A stretch of 64,000 bases of DNA from a candidate division TM6 bacterium UASB340 (GCA_001468925.1 LDIX01000004.1:77715-141714); one strand, 5' to 3'; counted from the stretch's first letter, positions 8,140-19,122 are shown. Numbers and translations: made by a program. Notes: generated by a model from the sequence alone, not told the origin.

Positions 8140-9033
8140 TTATTGTTTTTTACGCATTTCATCTTTATAAAAGACAAATAAGCCAATTATTATGAAAATT
8201 AGTGATATTAAATAATGCCAAGTAATCTTTTCCATCAAAAAGATATATCCATAAAAAGCACCAAATACCGGGCATAAAAATCCGGCACTTGTAATAAAAG
8301 TTATAGAATACTTTTTTAAAAGCCAGCCATATAAATTATATACAATTATATTTGCAACTAAAACAAGTAAGAGTGTCCAAAAAAGAAACGGTCCAATTTG
8401 TGTAACCGGTGATTCTTTTATCCCATCTACAAATAAAAATGTAAAAAATGCACCGATTCCACCAAATAACATTGTTATACCATTTATCATTAAAAGCGAA
8501 TATCCGCGATCTAATAATTTTCTTACCAAAAACCAGGCGTACGCACCGGATATAACTGCAATCAAAAGTGTAATTTCCGGCAATGATACCGAAAATAGTT
8601 CCATTCGAGATTCTCTTATATCTGTTTGTGTAAGCAATATTGGTACCAAACCCAATATCCCAATAACAAGACCAATAAATTTTTTAAGTGACAGCTTTTC
8701 AGATAAAATAATATACGATAAAAGTGCCGCTATAAAAGGTGTTGCCGAATATATCAAAGTTGTTTTTGAAGAAGTTAAATATTGCAACGACCAAAATTCA
8801 AAAATAAAAGATATATAAATATGAAAAAGTGCTGTTTTTAAAAACAATCCCCAATCTTTTTTATGCACAAAAAATTGCTTGCGTTTAAAAAAATAGATAA
8901 AAGAAAGCATTAAAGTTCCAGCAACTATCATTCTAAATGCTATTAAAAAGAATGGCTTAGAAAAGGCCAAAGTAATTTTTGCTATTGTAAATGTTGATGC
9001 AAGAATTGCATATAATAAAAGAACTAAAAACAC
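8140..9033 (-). CDS. EamA/DMT-family transporter
   Basis: 297 aa with about 10 TM segments and the duplicated EamA-type architecture. Confidence 0.7.
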   Translation of the reverse strand: MFLVLLLYAILASTFTIAKITLAFSKPFFLIAFRMIVAGTLMLSFIYFFKRKQFFVHKKDWGLFLKTALFHIYISFIFEFWSLQYLTSSKTTLIYSATPFIAALLSYIILSEKLSLKKFIGLVIGILGLVPILLTQTDIRESRMELFSVSLPEITLLIAVISGAYAWFLVRKLLDRGYSLLMINGITMLFGGIGAFFTFLFVDGIKESPVTQIGPFLFWTLLLVLVANIIVYNLYGWLLKKYSITFITSAGFLCPVFGAFYGYIFLMEKITWHYLISLIFIIIGLFVFYKDEMRKKQ

Positions 9034-9046
9034 GATTTTCTCCCAT

Positions 9047-10102
9047 TTAATTAATTTTTTTGTTAAAAAAATAAAAAGATATTACAAAAAAAATTATTGG
9101 CGGTAAATAATAAAATATCGCAACAATCTCGCTTGTTAATGATAAAGATTTTACAGTATTTAACAATATATATGATAACAAAAAAATTAATCCCGATGAA
9201 AAAAGAGAAATTAAAAGATTACTTTTATTTTTAGCAAAAAGCATAATTAAAAAAAGAGAAATAAATGGAATTAAAAATTGCCATAAAACCTGCGCATAAC
9301 GTTTATGAATTTCCAAGATACAATTTCGTTTATCCGCCAACTTTAAATTATCTCGTGATTTTTTAAGTTCTTTTAATGTAAAAAATTTTAAATCCTGAAC
9401 GCCCAAATTATTATTTTCATAATTTAAAAATGGCTTTAAATTTATTTCAGTTTTTTCAAAATTGGAAATATAGGAACTATTTGAAGATATGTTTTGAATA
9501 AATCCATCATTTAATATTAAGATTTCATTTGTTAAATAGCCTTTACTGGCATTAACAATATACTGTTCTCCATTTTTTTCTTTAAACAATAATAATAATT
9601 TTAAAAATTCTAAATTATCTTGATTTTTAATTTGTTTTTTAAAAAATATTGTAAAATTACTGGACAAAGTATGAAATCTATTAGCTTGTAAATTTGAAAA
9701 ATGTTCTTTAGCCAAATTTAATATAAGTTGTTTTCCACTTTTATAACTTTTAGGCGCAAATCTGGTTACAATTGGAACATAAAATAATAAAATTATTAAC
9801 GAAAAAATAAATGTAACCAAATATATTATTTTTTTTGCTTTAGAAAAATAGTATATGGAAATTATTTCTTCTTCTATGTACATACTTCCCAAAGGAATTT
9901 GTACTGCCAAGCTTGATGCTATTGGAATTGCAAATTGTGCCATTAAAGGCATCATAAGAAAAAAAATTTTAGGTATGGTTGATAAAGATGAAATAACCGG
10001 AAGTCGTAAAAACACATCACTTGCAGCTAAAATTGCTATTAAAACTGTAAAATAAATTAAAAAAAAATAAAAAAACTTTTGAAAAAAATATTTAAATAAC
10101 AT
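9047..10102 (-). CDS. LptF/LptG-family (YjgP/YjgQ) LPS export permease
   Basis: N-terminus MLFKYFFQKFFYFFLIYFTVLIAILAASDVFLRL, a central soluble insert, and 3+3 TM segments. I moved the start to Met28 of the track ORF (10102) to avoid a 90-nt overlap with ymdB; the start is uncertain. Confidence 0.6.
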   Translation of the reverse strand: MLFKYFFQKFFYFFLIYFTVLIAILAASDVFLRLPVISSLSTIPKIFFLMMPLMAQFAIPIASSLAVQIPLGSMYIEEEIISIYYFSKAKKIIYLVTFIFSLIILLFYVPIVTRFAPKSYKSGKQLILNLAKEHFSNLQANRFHTLSSNFTIFFKKQIKNQDNLEFLKLLLLFKEKNGEQYIVNASKGYLTNEILILNDGFIQNISSNSSYISNFEKTEINLKPFLNYENNNLGVQDLKFFTLKELKKSRDNLKLADKRNCILEIHKRYAQVLWQFLIPFISLFLIMLFAKNKSNLLISLFSSGLIFLLSYILLNTVKSLSLTSEIVAIFYYLPPIIFFVISFYFFNKKIN

Positions 10103-10898
10103 TGTCCAAAATTCTAATACGTTCAATAGCCAATGCTTTTCCTGAAATAGAATCAATTTTTGAATATATTGCATTGATTTCAAAAGGCGGCTTAGTTTCC
10201 GGTTTAAATTTCGTTGGCAATTGAGTTATAAATTTTGTAATAATTGAATCTTTTTCCATTCCAAGTATTGAATCGTGTGCACCACAAAATCCAACATCGG
10301 TTATGTAAGCAGTGCCATTTGGTAATAATCTTTCATCTGCAGTTTGAATATGAGTGTGCGTTCCACAAAAAAGAGAAATTTTGCCATCAAGATAGTTGCC
10401 TAAAGCACGTTTTTCAGATGATGCTTCTGCATGGAAATCCACTATAATCATATTCGTTTTTGATTTTAATAAAGTTAATAACGACTCAGCTTTTCTAAAT
10501 GGACAATCAATATTTTCGCGCATAAATACACGCCCTTGAAGATTAATAACTCCAACAAATTTATCTTTTACTTGATAAATTGCATAACCTTTACCAGGAC
10601 AATCGGATGGGAAATTTGCCGGGCGTAACAAATAATCGGTTTTATTTAAAAAATCATAGATTTCTCTATTTTCCCAAATATGATTACCGGATGTAACAAT
10701 ATCAACTCCGGCAGTTTTTAATTGTTCTGCAATTTTTGCGGTTATACCCTTGCCATTTTTTGCAGAATTTTCGCCATTAACAATTATAGAATCTATAGAA
10801 TATTTATTTTTTATATTTGGTAGATGCTTTAAAAAAACATCTACCCCTAAATTTGAAACAATATCTCCAACAAATAAAAAATTTAATGTCTGTGTCAT
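10092..10898 (-). CDS. ymdB: YmdB-family metallophosphoesterase (TIGR00282, 2',3'-cyclic-nucleotide phosphodiesterase)
   Basis: LFVGDIVSNLG...IVNGENSAKNGKGIT...TSGNHIWE...DFHAEASSEK...GTHTHIQTADE. Start placed at ATG 10898, 10 nt after GGAGG. Lies downstream of rny, as in many genomes. Confidence 0.85.
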   Translation of the reverse strand: MTQTLNFLFVGDIVSNLGVDVFLKHLPNIKNKYSIDSIIVNGENSAKNGKGITAKIAEQLKTAGVDIVTSGNHIWENREIYDFLNKTDYLLRPANFPSDCPGKGYAIYQVKDKFVGVINLQGRVFMRENIDCPFRKAESLLTLLKSKTNMIIVDFHAEASSEKRALGNYLDGKISLFCGTHTHIQTADERLLPNGTAYITDVGFCGAHDSILGMEKDSIITKFITQLPTKFKPETKPPFEINAIYSKIDSISGKALAIERIRILDNVI

Positions 10899-10917
10899 TA
10901 TAACTAAACCTCCAATT

Positions 10918-12465
10918 TTATTTTGCGAATTCAATTATTCGCTTCTCTCTTATAACATTAACCTTTATCTGTCCGGGAAAATTGAGTTCCGATTCAACTT
11001 TTTTAGCAATATCTCTTGCAAGCATTGCCGCTTTATCATCATCCATTGTAACTTCATCAACAATTACTCGAACCTCTCTTCCGGCTTGTAACGCATATGC
11101 TTTTTTAACACCATCAAAACTTGTTGCTATATCTTCAAGTTGTTCTAAGCGTTTTATATAAGTGGTAAGTGTTTCGCGTCTGGCACCGGGTCTTGATGCT
11201 GAAATGGCATCTGCTATATGTGTAATTAATCCATAAATTGTTTTTGCTGGAATTTCATCATGATGACTCGCTATTGCATTTACAACAATAGGATCTTCAC
11301 CATATTTTTTAGCCAAATCTGCACCGATCATTGCGTGAGGTCCTTCAACTTCGGCAGATACAGCTTTTCCTATATCGTGTAAAAGACCGCAACGAGCCGC
11401 AATATCAGGATCCAATCCAAGTTCATTCGCAACCATTCTTGCAAAATATGCGACTTCTTTACTATGTACAAGATTATTTTGTGTATAACTTGTTCTAAAA
11501 TGCAAAGAACCTAAAAGTTTAACCAATTCGGGATGAACACCCCTAAACCCAAACTCCAAAACAGCTTGGCGACCAATTTCTTCGATATTTTGATCTATTT
11601 CTTCTTGGCATTTTGCAACAACTTCTTCAATTCTTGTTGGATTAATTCGACCATCCTGAATTAATTTATCCAAAGCTCTTTTTGCAACTTCCCTTCTTAT
11701 AGGATTAAAACCTGAAATAGTTATAATTTCAGGAGTATCTCCAATAACAAATTCCATTCCGGTTGCCATTTCTAAAGCTTTTATATTTCTTCCCTCTTTA
11801 CCAATTATTCGTCCCTTCATGTCTTCGTTTGGTAAATTAACAATACTTGAAGAGTGTAAAGTCACCTGGTCAGCAAGATATCTTTGCATTGCAGAAGTTA
11901 AAATTTCGATAGATTTATCTTTTGCGATTATATTAGTTTCTTCGTCCACTTTTGAAAGCCATTTTTGTTTTTCAAGTTTTACCTCTTTTTCCATCGCCTC
12001 AATCAAAATTTTGCGGGCTTCATCTTGACTCATACCGCCAACTTTTTCAAGTTTTATTACAAGATCATTGTAAAGTTTTTTCAACTTTGCTTCATCAAAT
12101 CCTAATGCATCAAGGCGCCTGGACATATCACGTTCTTTTTGTTGTAACTCTTTTCTTAGATCATCTAAAAGAACTTCTCGCTGTTCTATTGCATCTTCTT
12201 TTTTTTGCAACTTATGTTCAATACGTTGCTGTTCAATTTTTTCTTTTTTAATTTCCAAATCGAAATCGCTTCTTTTTTTATAAAGCTCTCTTTTAAGATT
12301 TGCCAAAGCTTCGCGTTTTTCATTTTCTGCAGCTTCTTTAGCATCGGCCAATAATTTTTGCGCCTCAAATTTTATTTTATAAAAGCTTTCTTTTTTTGTT
12401 TTAAAATAAAGAAATATTGATATGGCTCCTAATAAAAGCCCTGAAAAAAATATGACTATTAACAT
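10918..12465 (-). CDS. rny: Ribonuclease Y
   Basis: 515 aa. N-terminal TM, coiled coil, KH domain (MKGRIIGKEGRNIKALE), HD domain (LLHDIGKA...ASHHDE). Confidence 0.95.
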   Translation of the reverse strand: MLIVIFFSGLLLGAISIFLYFKTKKESFYKIKFEAQKLLADAKEAAENEKREALANLKRELYKKRSDFDLEIKKEKIEQQRIEHKLQKKEDAIEQREVLLDDLRKELQQKERDMSRRLDALGFDEAKLKKLYNDLVIKLEKVGGMSQDEARKILIEAMEKEVKLEKQKWLSKVDEETNIIAKDKSIEILTSAMQRYLADQVTLHSSSIVNLPNEDMKGRIIGKEGRNIKALEMATGMEFVIGDTPEIITISGFNPIRREVAKRALDKLIQDGRINPTRIEEVVAKCQEEIDQNIEEIGRQAVLEFGFRGVHPELVKLLGSLHFRTSYTQNNLVHSKEVAYFARMVANELGLDPDIAARCGLLHDIGKAVSAEVEGPHAMIGADLAKKYGEDPIVVNAIASHHDEIPAKTIYGLITHIADAISASRPGARRETLTTYIKRLEQLEDIATSFDGVKKAYALQAGREVRVIVDEVTMDDDKAAMLARDIAKKVESELNFPGQIKVNVIREKRIIEFAK

Positions 12466-12496
12466 TTTATAATTCCCTTAATTAACAAATTATCCC

Positions 12497-12538
12497 AAAA
12501 AAAAAATTAACATTAAGACATCAACCTTAATGTTAATT
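12497..12538 (-). terminator. Rho-independent terminator after zapA
   Basis: 13-bp stem AATTAACATTAAG / CTTAATGTTAATT (12505-12517 and 12526-12538). On the minus strand it is followed by a T10 run (complement of 12497-12506). Confidence 0.75.
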
Positions 12539-12588
12539 GTATAAAAAGGAACTATAATATAGAAAAATATATAAAAAGTAGTAATTTT

Positions 12589-12867
12589 TTAGGCGAGCTC
12601 TGAATCCAATAAATTCCCCAGCTTTAAAACTTTTTGCTGCAAAATTCCCAGATTGTCATTATTTTGTTTTAATTCTTTTGCCAACTCCAAAGCTAACATA
12701 ACGGCTGTGATATACCCATCATTTGTATTCATAGCCGATGCTATTTCTTTCATTTTTTTGTCAACATATTGTACCGCAAAAAGAACGTCGGACTCATTGT
12801 CATCAGTAGCAAAAGTATAATTTTTGCCAAAAATAACCGCCTGAATTTTTTTTAATTCTTTTTCCAT
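12589..12867 (-). CDS. zapA: Cell division protein ZapA
   Basis: 92 aa. VIFGKNYTFATDDNESDVLFAVQYVDKKMKEI follows the ZapA pattern (I-x-G-x-x-Y ... A-x-x-(L/V)-D). Confidence 0.7.
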   Translation of the reverse strand: MEKELKKIQAVIFGKNYTFATDDNESDVLFAVQYVDKKMKEIASAMNTNDGYITAVMLALELAKELKQNNDNLGILQQKVLKLGNLLDSELA

Positions 12868-12874
12868 AATTAAA

Positions 12875-13135
12875 TTACTTTACCACTTCTTTATTTTTCT
12901 CTTCGAGCGAGCTAATGCTATCAAGTAAATTTTTAATAGAATCTTTTATAAGATCCTTTTCAAGCTCAAATCCTTCAGAAGTTTTTTCTTTTGTTATTAA
13001 TGCCTGCTCAAGTTGCACGCACTTTGACAATAACTTATCGTTTTCTTTTTTCAACTCACTATTTTTATTTTGTAAGTCTTTGTTCTTCTGAACGATTTGA
13101 AGAACTTTTACCTCTAGCTCCTCTAACTGTTTCAT
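12875..13135 (-). CDS. Small coiled-coil protein, ZapB-like (tentative)
   Basis: 86 aa, almost all heptad-like coiled coil (LEELEVKVLQIVQKNKDLQNKNSELKKENDKL). Sits immediately upstream of zapA. Confidence 0.4.
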   Translation of the reverse strand: MKQLEELEVKVLQIVQKNKDLQNKNSELKKENDKLLSKCVQLEQALITKEKTSEGFELEKDLIKDSIKNLLDSISSLEEKNKEVVK

Positions 13136-13225
13136 TTTTCTACCTTTTTATACAATCAAAGGTTAATAAATTGACACTCGACATACAAAAATTTTATTAT
13201 TTTCATATGTCGCATATCAAGTTTT

Positions 13226-13573
13226 TTACTTTTTCGCCAATTCTACCAATTTTGTAAAGGCTTTTGGCTCAAAAATAGCAAGCTGACTAAGCATCTTTCT
13301 ATTAATTTTTATATTTATTTTATCCAAAGCATTAATAAATTTACTGTAACTAATGCCATTTTTTTTACAAGCCGCACTAATTCTAGAAATAAAAAGAGCT
13401 CTAAAATCTCTTTTTTTCAATTTTCTACCAATAAATGCAAACTCCATAGCTCTTAAAAGAGTCTCTTGGGCTCTTGTAAAAACTTTACTACGCAATCCCC
13501 AAAAACCTTTTGCTTGTTTTAACACTCTTTTATGGCGTTTTTTTGTAACTGTGCCTCGTTTAATTCTGCTCAT
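13226..13573 (-). CDS. rplT: 50S ribosomal protein L20
   Basis: MSRIKRGTVTKKRHKRVLKQAKGFWG is the canonical L20 N-terminus. Confidence 0.95.
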   Translation of the reverse strand: MSRIKRGTVTKKRHKRVLKQAKGFWGLRSKVFTRAQETLLRAMEFAFIGRKLKKRDFRALFISRISAACKKNGISYSKFINALDKINIKINRKMLSQLAIFEPKAFTKLVELAKK

Positions 13574-13619
13574 AATTGTCCTTTGTCAATGCTCTATTTT
13601 TTATCATTTAATAATATAA

Positions 13620-13814
13620 CTAATCCGGCATCAATATGCTTATATTTTTAGCATTTGCGCCTTCAAGCAAAACACCATGTTTAGATTGTCTTACTCTTTT
13701 TGTGCTTTTCGCCCAAGAATGATGACGTCTATATGATTTTGCTCTTTTAATTTTTCCATTACCGGTCTTTCTAAATCTTTTTCTGCATCCAGCATGAGTT
13801 TTCATTTTTGGCAT
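13620..13814 (-). CDS. rpmI: 50S ribosomal protein L35
   Basis: [24 protein letters not shown] is canonical L35. Part of the infC-rpmI-rplT order. Confidence 0.95.
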   Translation of the reverse strand: MPKMKTHAGCRKRFRKTGNGKIKRAKSYRRHHSWAKSTKRVRQSKHGVLLEGANAKNISILMPD

Positions 13815-13840
13815 ATTATGGTTTCCTTAAAAAACTAATT

Positions 13841-14410
13841 TTATTTCAAAAAATATATTTTGGACCAAAATGGACCAGCCTTTTGTTCTTTTTCTTCAAG
13901 CAAAGTTCCAATTTGCTGATCCGTTAAATCTTTATTTATTCTTTCAAACAGTCTTGCACCCAGTTCTTTGATCATTATAAATTCACGACCCCTAAACTGC
14001 AGTGTAAATTTTACTTTTTTACCGTCTTTCAAAAATTCAACAGCTTTTCTTAATTTCGTGTTGTAATCATTATCATCAATATTCGGCCTAAGTTTAACTT
14101 CTTTTATTTGTATAATTTTTTGTTTTTTCTTAGCATCACTAAGCTGTTTTTTCTTTGCATACAAAAATTTACCAAAATCCATTATTTTGGCAATAATTAC
14201 ATTATCTTTTTCGCCTACTTGCACCAAATCAAGCCCGGCATCTTGAGCCGCTCGAAGAGCTTCAAATTTTGATATAACACCAAAATTTTCACCATCTGCG
14301 CCGATTACCTGCATTTGAGAAGCTCTAATTTTCTCATTTACAAAATAACTTGTAGCCAAAAGCTTATCACCACGCTCCGGCTGCCCATTTCCCTGTTTAA
14401 ATTTACTCAC
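13841..14410 (-). CDS. infC: Translation initiation factor IF-3
   Basis: VNEKIRASQMQVIGADGENFGVIS...DLVQVGE...KEVKLRPNIDDNDYNTKL. The true start may be a non-ATG codon, as is usual for infC. Confidence 0.9.
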   Translation of the reverse strand: MSKFKQGNGQPERGDKLLATSYFVNEKIRASQMQVIGADGENFGVISKFEALRAAQDAGLDLVQVGEKDNVIIAKIMDFGKFLYAKKKQLSDAKKKQKIIQIKEVKLRPNIDDNDYNTKLRKAVEFLKDGKKVKFTLQFRGREFIMIKELGARLFERINKDLTDQQIGTLLEEKEQKAGPFWSKIYFLK

Positions 14411-14433
14411 TAATAAATTCCTTATAATTCAAC

Positions 14434-15462
14434 CTACTCAATAGGGTCGGTGTTTTTCATTACGGCATCAAGAACACGATTAAGTAACTCTTGATTTTCA
14501 TTAAACGCCTTAACACAATTATCCCTACCTTGAGCAATTTTTTCTTCTTGGTACATAAACCAAGGACCTGACTGCTTTATAATACCAAGCTTTACAGCAA
14601 TCTCAAGCAGATCCAACTCTCTTGATATTCCATGGCCAAAAATTAAATCAATTTCAACAACTTTAAATGGCGGAGCCATTTTATTTTTAGCTACTTTTAC
14701 CGATACTCTATTTCCAAATGGTTTACCATCTTTCTTTAGTGTAGCAATACGTCTTACATCAAGGCGAACCGATGCATAAAACTTTAATGCGTTTCCGCCG
14801 GTTGTTGTTTCTTTATTTCCAAAAGGCATACTATCAATTTTATGTCTAATTTGATTTATAAATATTAAAGATGTTTTTGATTTATGTACAATAGGCGTAA
14901 GCTTTCGCAATGCTTGAGACATTAACCTTGCTTGAAGTCCAACATGGTGATCTCCCATATCGCCTTCAATCTCAGCCTTTGGCACCAATGCAGCTACCGA
15001 GTCTATAACCAATAAATCAATAGCTCCTGAACGAATAAGCATTTCTGCAATATCCAATGCCTGTTCACCATAATCCGGTTGAGAAATAACCAAATCTTTT
15101 GTGTTAACACCTATGCTTGTCGCATAAATTGGATCCATGGCATGTTCAGCATCTATAAATGCACAAATGCCACCGGCCTTTTGAGCTTGTGCTATTGCGT
15201 GTAACGTCAAAGTTGTTTTTCCGGATGCTTCCGGACCATATATTTCAATTACACGACCTCTTGGAAGTCCTCCTATGCCCAATGCCTTATCAATCATAAT
15301 AGAACCGGTTGAAATTGTTTGAACACCATCAACCGTTTTTTGACCCAAAAGCATTACTGCGCCTTTCCCAAATTGTTTATCAATCTGGGCAAATGCTACT
15401 TCCAAGGCCTTATGTTTTGCTTCGAACTCTGCGTTACCGGCTGCAACTTTTTTTACTTGCAT
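14434..15462 (-). CDS. recA: Recombinase RecA
   Basis: [20 protein letters not shown]...FIDAEHALD-like...FINQIRHKI. Confidence 0.97.
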   Translation of the reverse strand: MQVKKVAAGNAEFEAKHKALEVAFAQIDKQFGKGAVMLLGQKTVDGVQTISTGSIMIDKALGIGGLPRGRVIEIYGPEASGKTTLTLHAIAQAQKAGGICAFIDAEHAMDPIYATSIGVNTKDLVISQPDYGEQALDIAEMLIRSGAIDLLVIDSVAALVPKAEIEGDMGDHHVGLQARLMSQALRKLTPIVHKSKTSLIFINQIRHKIDSMPFGNKETTTGGNALKFYASVRLDVRRIATLKKDGKPFGNRVSVKVAKNKMAPPFKVVEIDLIFGHGISRELDLLEIAVKLGIIKQSGPWFMYQEEKIAQGRDNCVKAFNENQELLNRVLDAVMKNTDPIE

Positions 15463-15492
15463 AAAACTATTCTTTCTCTTGTATTTATAAAA

Positions 15493-17490
15493 TTAAATAT
15501 CAATATCTTCAGGATAACTCATTCCCCTTTGCGCTCCCAATGTTTTTTCGAACTTTTCTATTTTAGCAGTTCTTAATAAAGATGCAATAAAAGCCTGTAT
15601 ATAAGCACCTTTTTCTTTATCCAAAACAGTTTGCATTAAACTGTTTTTTTCTTGTGCAAAAGATATCAAATTGGTTTGTTCAATGTTTTTTAACTGCACC
15701 AAACAGTAATCATTCTTATTTTTAACAGATAAAACCTGATCGCCACTATCAAGCACAAAAGCCGATTGAATAAAAGATTCTTCAAGGCCTAAATCATCAA
15801 GTTTATCACTCTTTTTAACAGATTTTGTTTCCACAATATTTAAACCAAATAACTCCGATACAGTTTTTAAGGTTTGTTTTTTTTCTAGAATTGATCTTTT
15901 GGCCGTATTAATATCTTGTTTTAAAAGCTTTTTAGCATTCTTTTTATAAATATTTTTTAAAACTGTAGCTTTTACTTTATCAATTGAAGGTATAAAACTT
16001 TTTTGAATATTATTTACCTGAAACAAAACAAAATCTTGTTTATATGCAAAAAAACCATACTGACCAATTTTTTTGTTAGGTGAAAATATGTGTTCAATAA
16101 GAGCAGACTCTATTGATTCATCTTTTGTAATATTTTTTTCAAATAATTTTGTGTCTATTTTTTTTAGGTTATTTTCTTTTACAAAATCATTTAATACATT
16201 TTCATTTGAAAGAACTTCATGAACAATTTTTTGCAAATCTGATCTTAAGCCTGTTAATGTCTTTTTACTCTTTAATGTTTTTAATATTTCATCTCTAACA
16301 TCGTCCAAAGGTTTTGTAGATGCACCTTGCCTTTGTTCAAGTTGAATAAGTTCATAACCATCTGAAACTTTTATTATATCTGAAATTTCACCGGGATTTT
16401 GTAATCTAAAGGCCGCTTTTTCAAACTCCGCATCATATGTGCCTTTATCGAAGAAATTTATAAGACCGCCATTTAAAGCTGTTTTGGTATCTTGAGAATA
16501 TTGTTTGGCCATATCAGCAAAATTTGCTTTTTTGGATATTACCTTTTCTTTTATTTCTTTAGCTGTCTTTAAAATTGATTCAATTTTTTCGGCTGAAGCG
16601 TTTTTATCTATCTTGAAAAGAATATGTCTTATTTTTACTTTAGGAGCAATTCTAAATAATGTTGAACTGTTTTTATCATAAAAAGATTGTATCAAAGATT
16701 CATCTATGACTATATTTTTTTTATAATCGGCACTTTTTACAAGCCAATAGGCAGCAGATCTTTTTTCCGGAACTCTATAATTTTCTTTGGTATTTTCAAA
16801 AAAGTTTTTTAATTCATCATTACCAATTTCTTTAGATTCTGCTTTTTTAAGATAATCATCAAATTTAAATTTAATTAAGCTAAAACTCTTTTTTGCAATT
16901 TTATTTGTAAAAATTTCCTGTAATTTTTTTACAGGAATATAGTTTGCAAGTTGAACAAAATTTTGAAAAGTTTCTCTTTCAATCGAATGCTGCAATTTAT
17001 CTTCAAATTCTGTAGGAGTTGTACCAATTTGCATTAAATATCTCTTATAAACATCCAAATTGATATTTCCCGCACTGTCTTTTAAAAATTCAGGCAATTT
17101 TGCAATTAACTCTTTTTCAAAATTCTCCTGATCAACATCAACATTATAATATGATTTTTCCATATCCAATATTTTATTATTTATGCATGCATCAAAAGCA
17201 GCCTGTTCAGGGTTTAAAAGACCAAACATGGATAAAAATAAATCCATTGAAATACCTGTTCTTCTGGCATAATCTTTATATAATTCAATTTGATTTTTTA
17301 TATCATTTAAAGATCTTTGATAATCAATTAATTTTATATCCTGTCCATTAATTTTTGCTATGGCTATTTGAGCCGGATGTTGGCTTCTATATGTCAAATA
17401 CGTGGCAAAAGTACTTGCAGCTAATGCAAAAAAAACAACCCATAAAACCGAATGCCATTTTTTCATCTCTTTTCTAAATATGTATATCAT
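15493..17490 (-). CDS. ppiD: Periplasmic chaperone / parvulin-type peptidyl-prolyl isomerase, PpiD-like
   Basis: 665 aa. N-terminal membrane anchor, SurA-N-like region, rotamase domain IRHILFKI...FADMAKQYSQD...GGLINFFDKGTYDAEFEKAAF...VSDGYELIQL. Confidence 0.75.
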   Translation of the reverse strand: MIYIFRKEMKKWHSVLWVVFFALAASTFATYLTYRSQHPAQIAIAKINGQDIKLIDYQRSLNDIKNQIELYKDYARRTGISMDLFLSMFGLLNPEQAAFDACINNKILDMEKSYYNVDVDQENFEKELIAKLPEFLKDSAGNINLDVYKRYLMQIGTTPTEFEDKLQHSIERETFQNFVQLANYIPVKKLQEIFTNKIAKKSFSLIKFKFDDYLKKAESKEIGNDELKNFFENTKENYRVPEKRSAAYWLVKSADYKKNIVIDESLIQSFYDKNSSTLFRIAPKVKIRHILFKIDKNASAEKIESILKTAKEIKEKVISKKANFADMAKQYSQDTKTALNGGLINFFDKGTYDAEFEKAAFRLQNPGEISDIIKVSDGYELIQLEQRQGASTKPLDDVRDEILKTLKSKKTLTGLRSDLQKIVHEVLSNENVLNDFVKENNLKKIDTKLFEKNITKDESIESALIEHIFSPNKKIGQYGFFAYKQDFVLFQVNNIQKSFIPSIDKVKATVLKNIYKKNAKKLLKQDINTAKRSILEKKQTLKTVSELFGLNIVETKSVKKSDKLDDLGLEESFIQSAFVLDSGDQVLSVKNKNDYCLVQLKNIEQTNLISFAQEKNSLMQTVLDKEKGAYIQAFIASLLRTAKIEKFEKTLGAQRGMSYPEDIDI

Positions 17491-17620
17491 TTCTATCCTT
17501 TCTAATAATATTTAGTTATAAAAAAAGCGATTATGCTCAAATTGTATCTTTAAGATGAATTATAGGCAACAAAAATTTTTTGAATAAAAATAAAAATATA
17601 TAAAAAGTATTTTTTTAAGA

Positions 17621-18559
17621 TTATCTTTTAAAGCTAAAAGGACTAAATGAAAATTTTTCAGTATTTGACACTTCAATAATTTTATTATCAAAAGAGTTAT
17701 TATCAGACAAATTTTGAATCTGGGTTTTGAAGCTTTTCCAAAATACCTGTTGTTTTCTGGCATATTGCCTAGTTTTGCAATAAATAATTTCCGTTAAATT
17801 ATCTAAATCTTCCAGCTTTTTACCGGTTTTGATCCAATGTAAAATTTCGTTGTATCCAATCAAGCCCTTTTTATCAAAAAAGTTTTCCCAATTTGTACCC
17901 ACAAATTTTTCAACTTCTTGTATCCAGCCGTTTTTTATCATTTCAACCGTTCTTTTTTTAATTCGTTCGTTTAAAATTAAACTATCGGGATTTATAAAAA
18001 TAAATAAAAAATTAAACGGTGGGTCAAATTTAGGCATGGCATCAGAGGGTTTAATTCCTAAATTTTTCCAAATATCTATAGCTCTTTCAATCCTATAACT
18101 ATCGTTTGGATGAATTTTTGCAGCACGTTCAGGATCAATTTTATTCAAATAATCCCAAGAGTATTGAATATCGAAAGTATGCAAGTCAGGGATCCTGTCT
18201 TTATTTAATTCAATAGGTGGGAAAAGTAGTGATTTTAGATAAAAAAGTGAGCCACCAACAATAATTGGTGTTTTATTTTTAGCAACAATATCATTTATTT
18301 TATTAATAACAAGATTTTTATATTCAATTACAGACAAATCTTTTGGCTCATTTAAAATATCAAATAAATGATATGGGATCTTTTGATTTTTCCAGTCAGG
18401 CTTTGCCGTACCTATAGATAAATTAGTATAAAATTGGCCAACATCTGCATTTATAATCTCGCCACCCTCAATTTGTGCAATTTTATCCGAAAAATCGGTT
18501 TTTCCGGATGCAGTAGGCCCGGAGATTATTATTACAAACGGTTTATTATTATCTTTCAT
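17621..18559 (-). CDS. miaA: tRNA dimethylallyltransferase
   Basis: IIISGPTASGKTDFS...PIIVGGSLFYLKSLL...PYHLFDIL. Confidence 0.9.
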   Translation of the reverse strand: MKDNNKPFVIIISGPTASGKTDFSDKIAQIEGGEIINADVGQFYTNLSIGTAKPDWKNQKIPYHLFDILNEPKDLSVIEYKNLVINKINDIVAKNKTPIIVGGSLFYLKSLLFPPIELNKDRIPDLHTFDIQYSWDYLNKIDPERAAKIHPNDSYRIERAIDIWKNLGIKPSDAMPKFDPPFNFLFIFINPDSLILNERIKKRTVEMIKNGWIQEVEKFVGTNWENFFDKKGLIGYNEILHWIKTGKKLEDLDNLTEIIYCKTRQYARKQQVFWKSFKTQIQNLSDNNSFDNKIIEVSNTEKFSFSPFSFKR

Positions 18560-18576
18560 GCATAAATAATAACAAA

Positions 18577-19122
18577 TTATGCAGCAGATGAAAACTGCGT
18601 AATATTGGATTGTGTATATAAAAATTGCTTAAATGGAGCGTGTAATTGATCCAATACCGATTGCGAATCGTGTCCGGATACAACAGCTATTTCTTGAACT
18701 AGAAGTTCTTCCGCCACTGCAACAATTTTTTTCTCGCCAAAGGATAATTCTTTCTGTTGAGCAATATTCATTAATTCTTTATAAACATGCGCAACATCAT
18801 CAATTTTGCCGCTTTGAAGCCTTAATTGATAATCTTTATTTCTTCTATTCCAGCCGCTTGGAGTAAAGTCCAAGAATTCAAATTTTCTTTCCGGTGGCAA
18901 ATAAAAGAATTTAAAGATTTTATTAATTGCATCAAGGTTGCAAAGGTATCGGATTCCGCAGGAGCCTATTTTATCTAGGGGAAGAAGAATTGTAGTTTCT
19001 TTATATAGAAACTTTAGTTTAAATAATTTTAAACTTTTTTCACCTACCATTTTTTCTATTACTTCTTCTATTATGGCAACGCCATAACCCGGATAAAAAA
19101 TATTATCCTGTACATTAAACAT
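18577..19122 (-). CDS. carD: CarD/CdnL-family RNA polymerase-binding regulator
   Basis: MFNVQDNIFYPGYGVAIIEEVIEKMVGEKSLKLFKLKF matches the CarD_TRCF domain. Start moved to ATG 19122, 5 nt after AAAGGGG. Confidence 0.8.
   Translation of the reverse strand: MFNVQDNIFYPGYGVAIIEEVIEKMVGEKSLKLFKLKFLYKETTILLPLDKIGSCGIRYLCNLDAINKIFKFFYLPPERKFEFLDFTPSGWNRRNKDYQLRLQSGKIDDVAHVYKELMNIAQQKELSFGEKKIVAVAEELLVQEIAVVSGHDSQSVLDQLHAPFKQFLYTQSNITQFSSAA

Noticed and set aside
7995-8186. 63-aa minus-strand ORF spanning the gmk 3' end and the gmk/EamA spacer
   Set aside because: It overlaps the ends of two supported genes and the intervening stem-loop, and has no start context.
17560-17763. 67-aa ORF overlapping the miaA 3' end and the miaA-ppiD spacer
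   Set aside because: It overlaps miaA in another frame, has no SD, and its composition is typical of a spurious AT-rich ORF.
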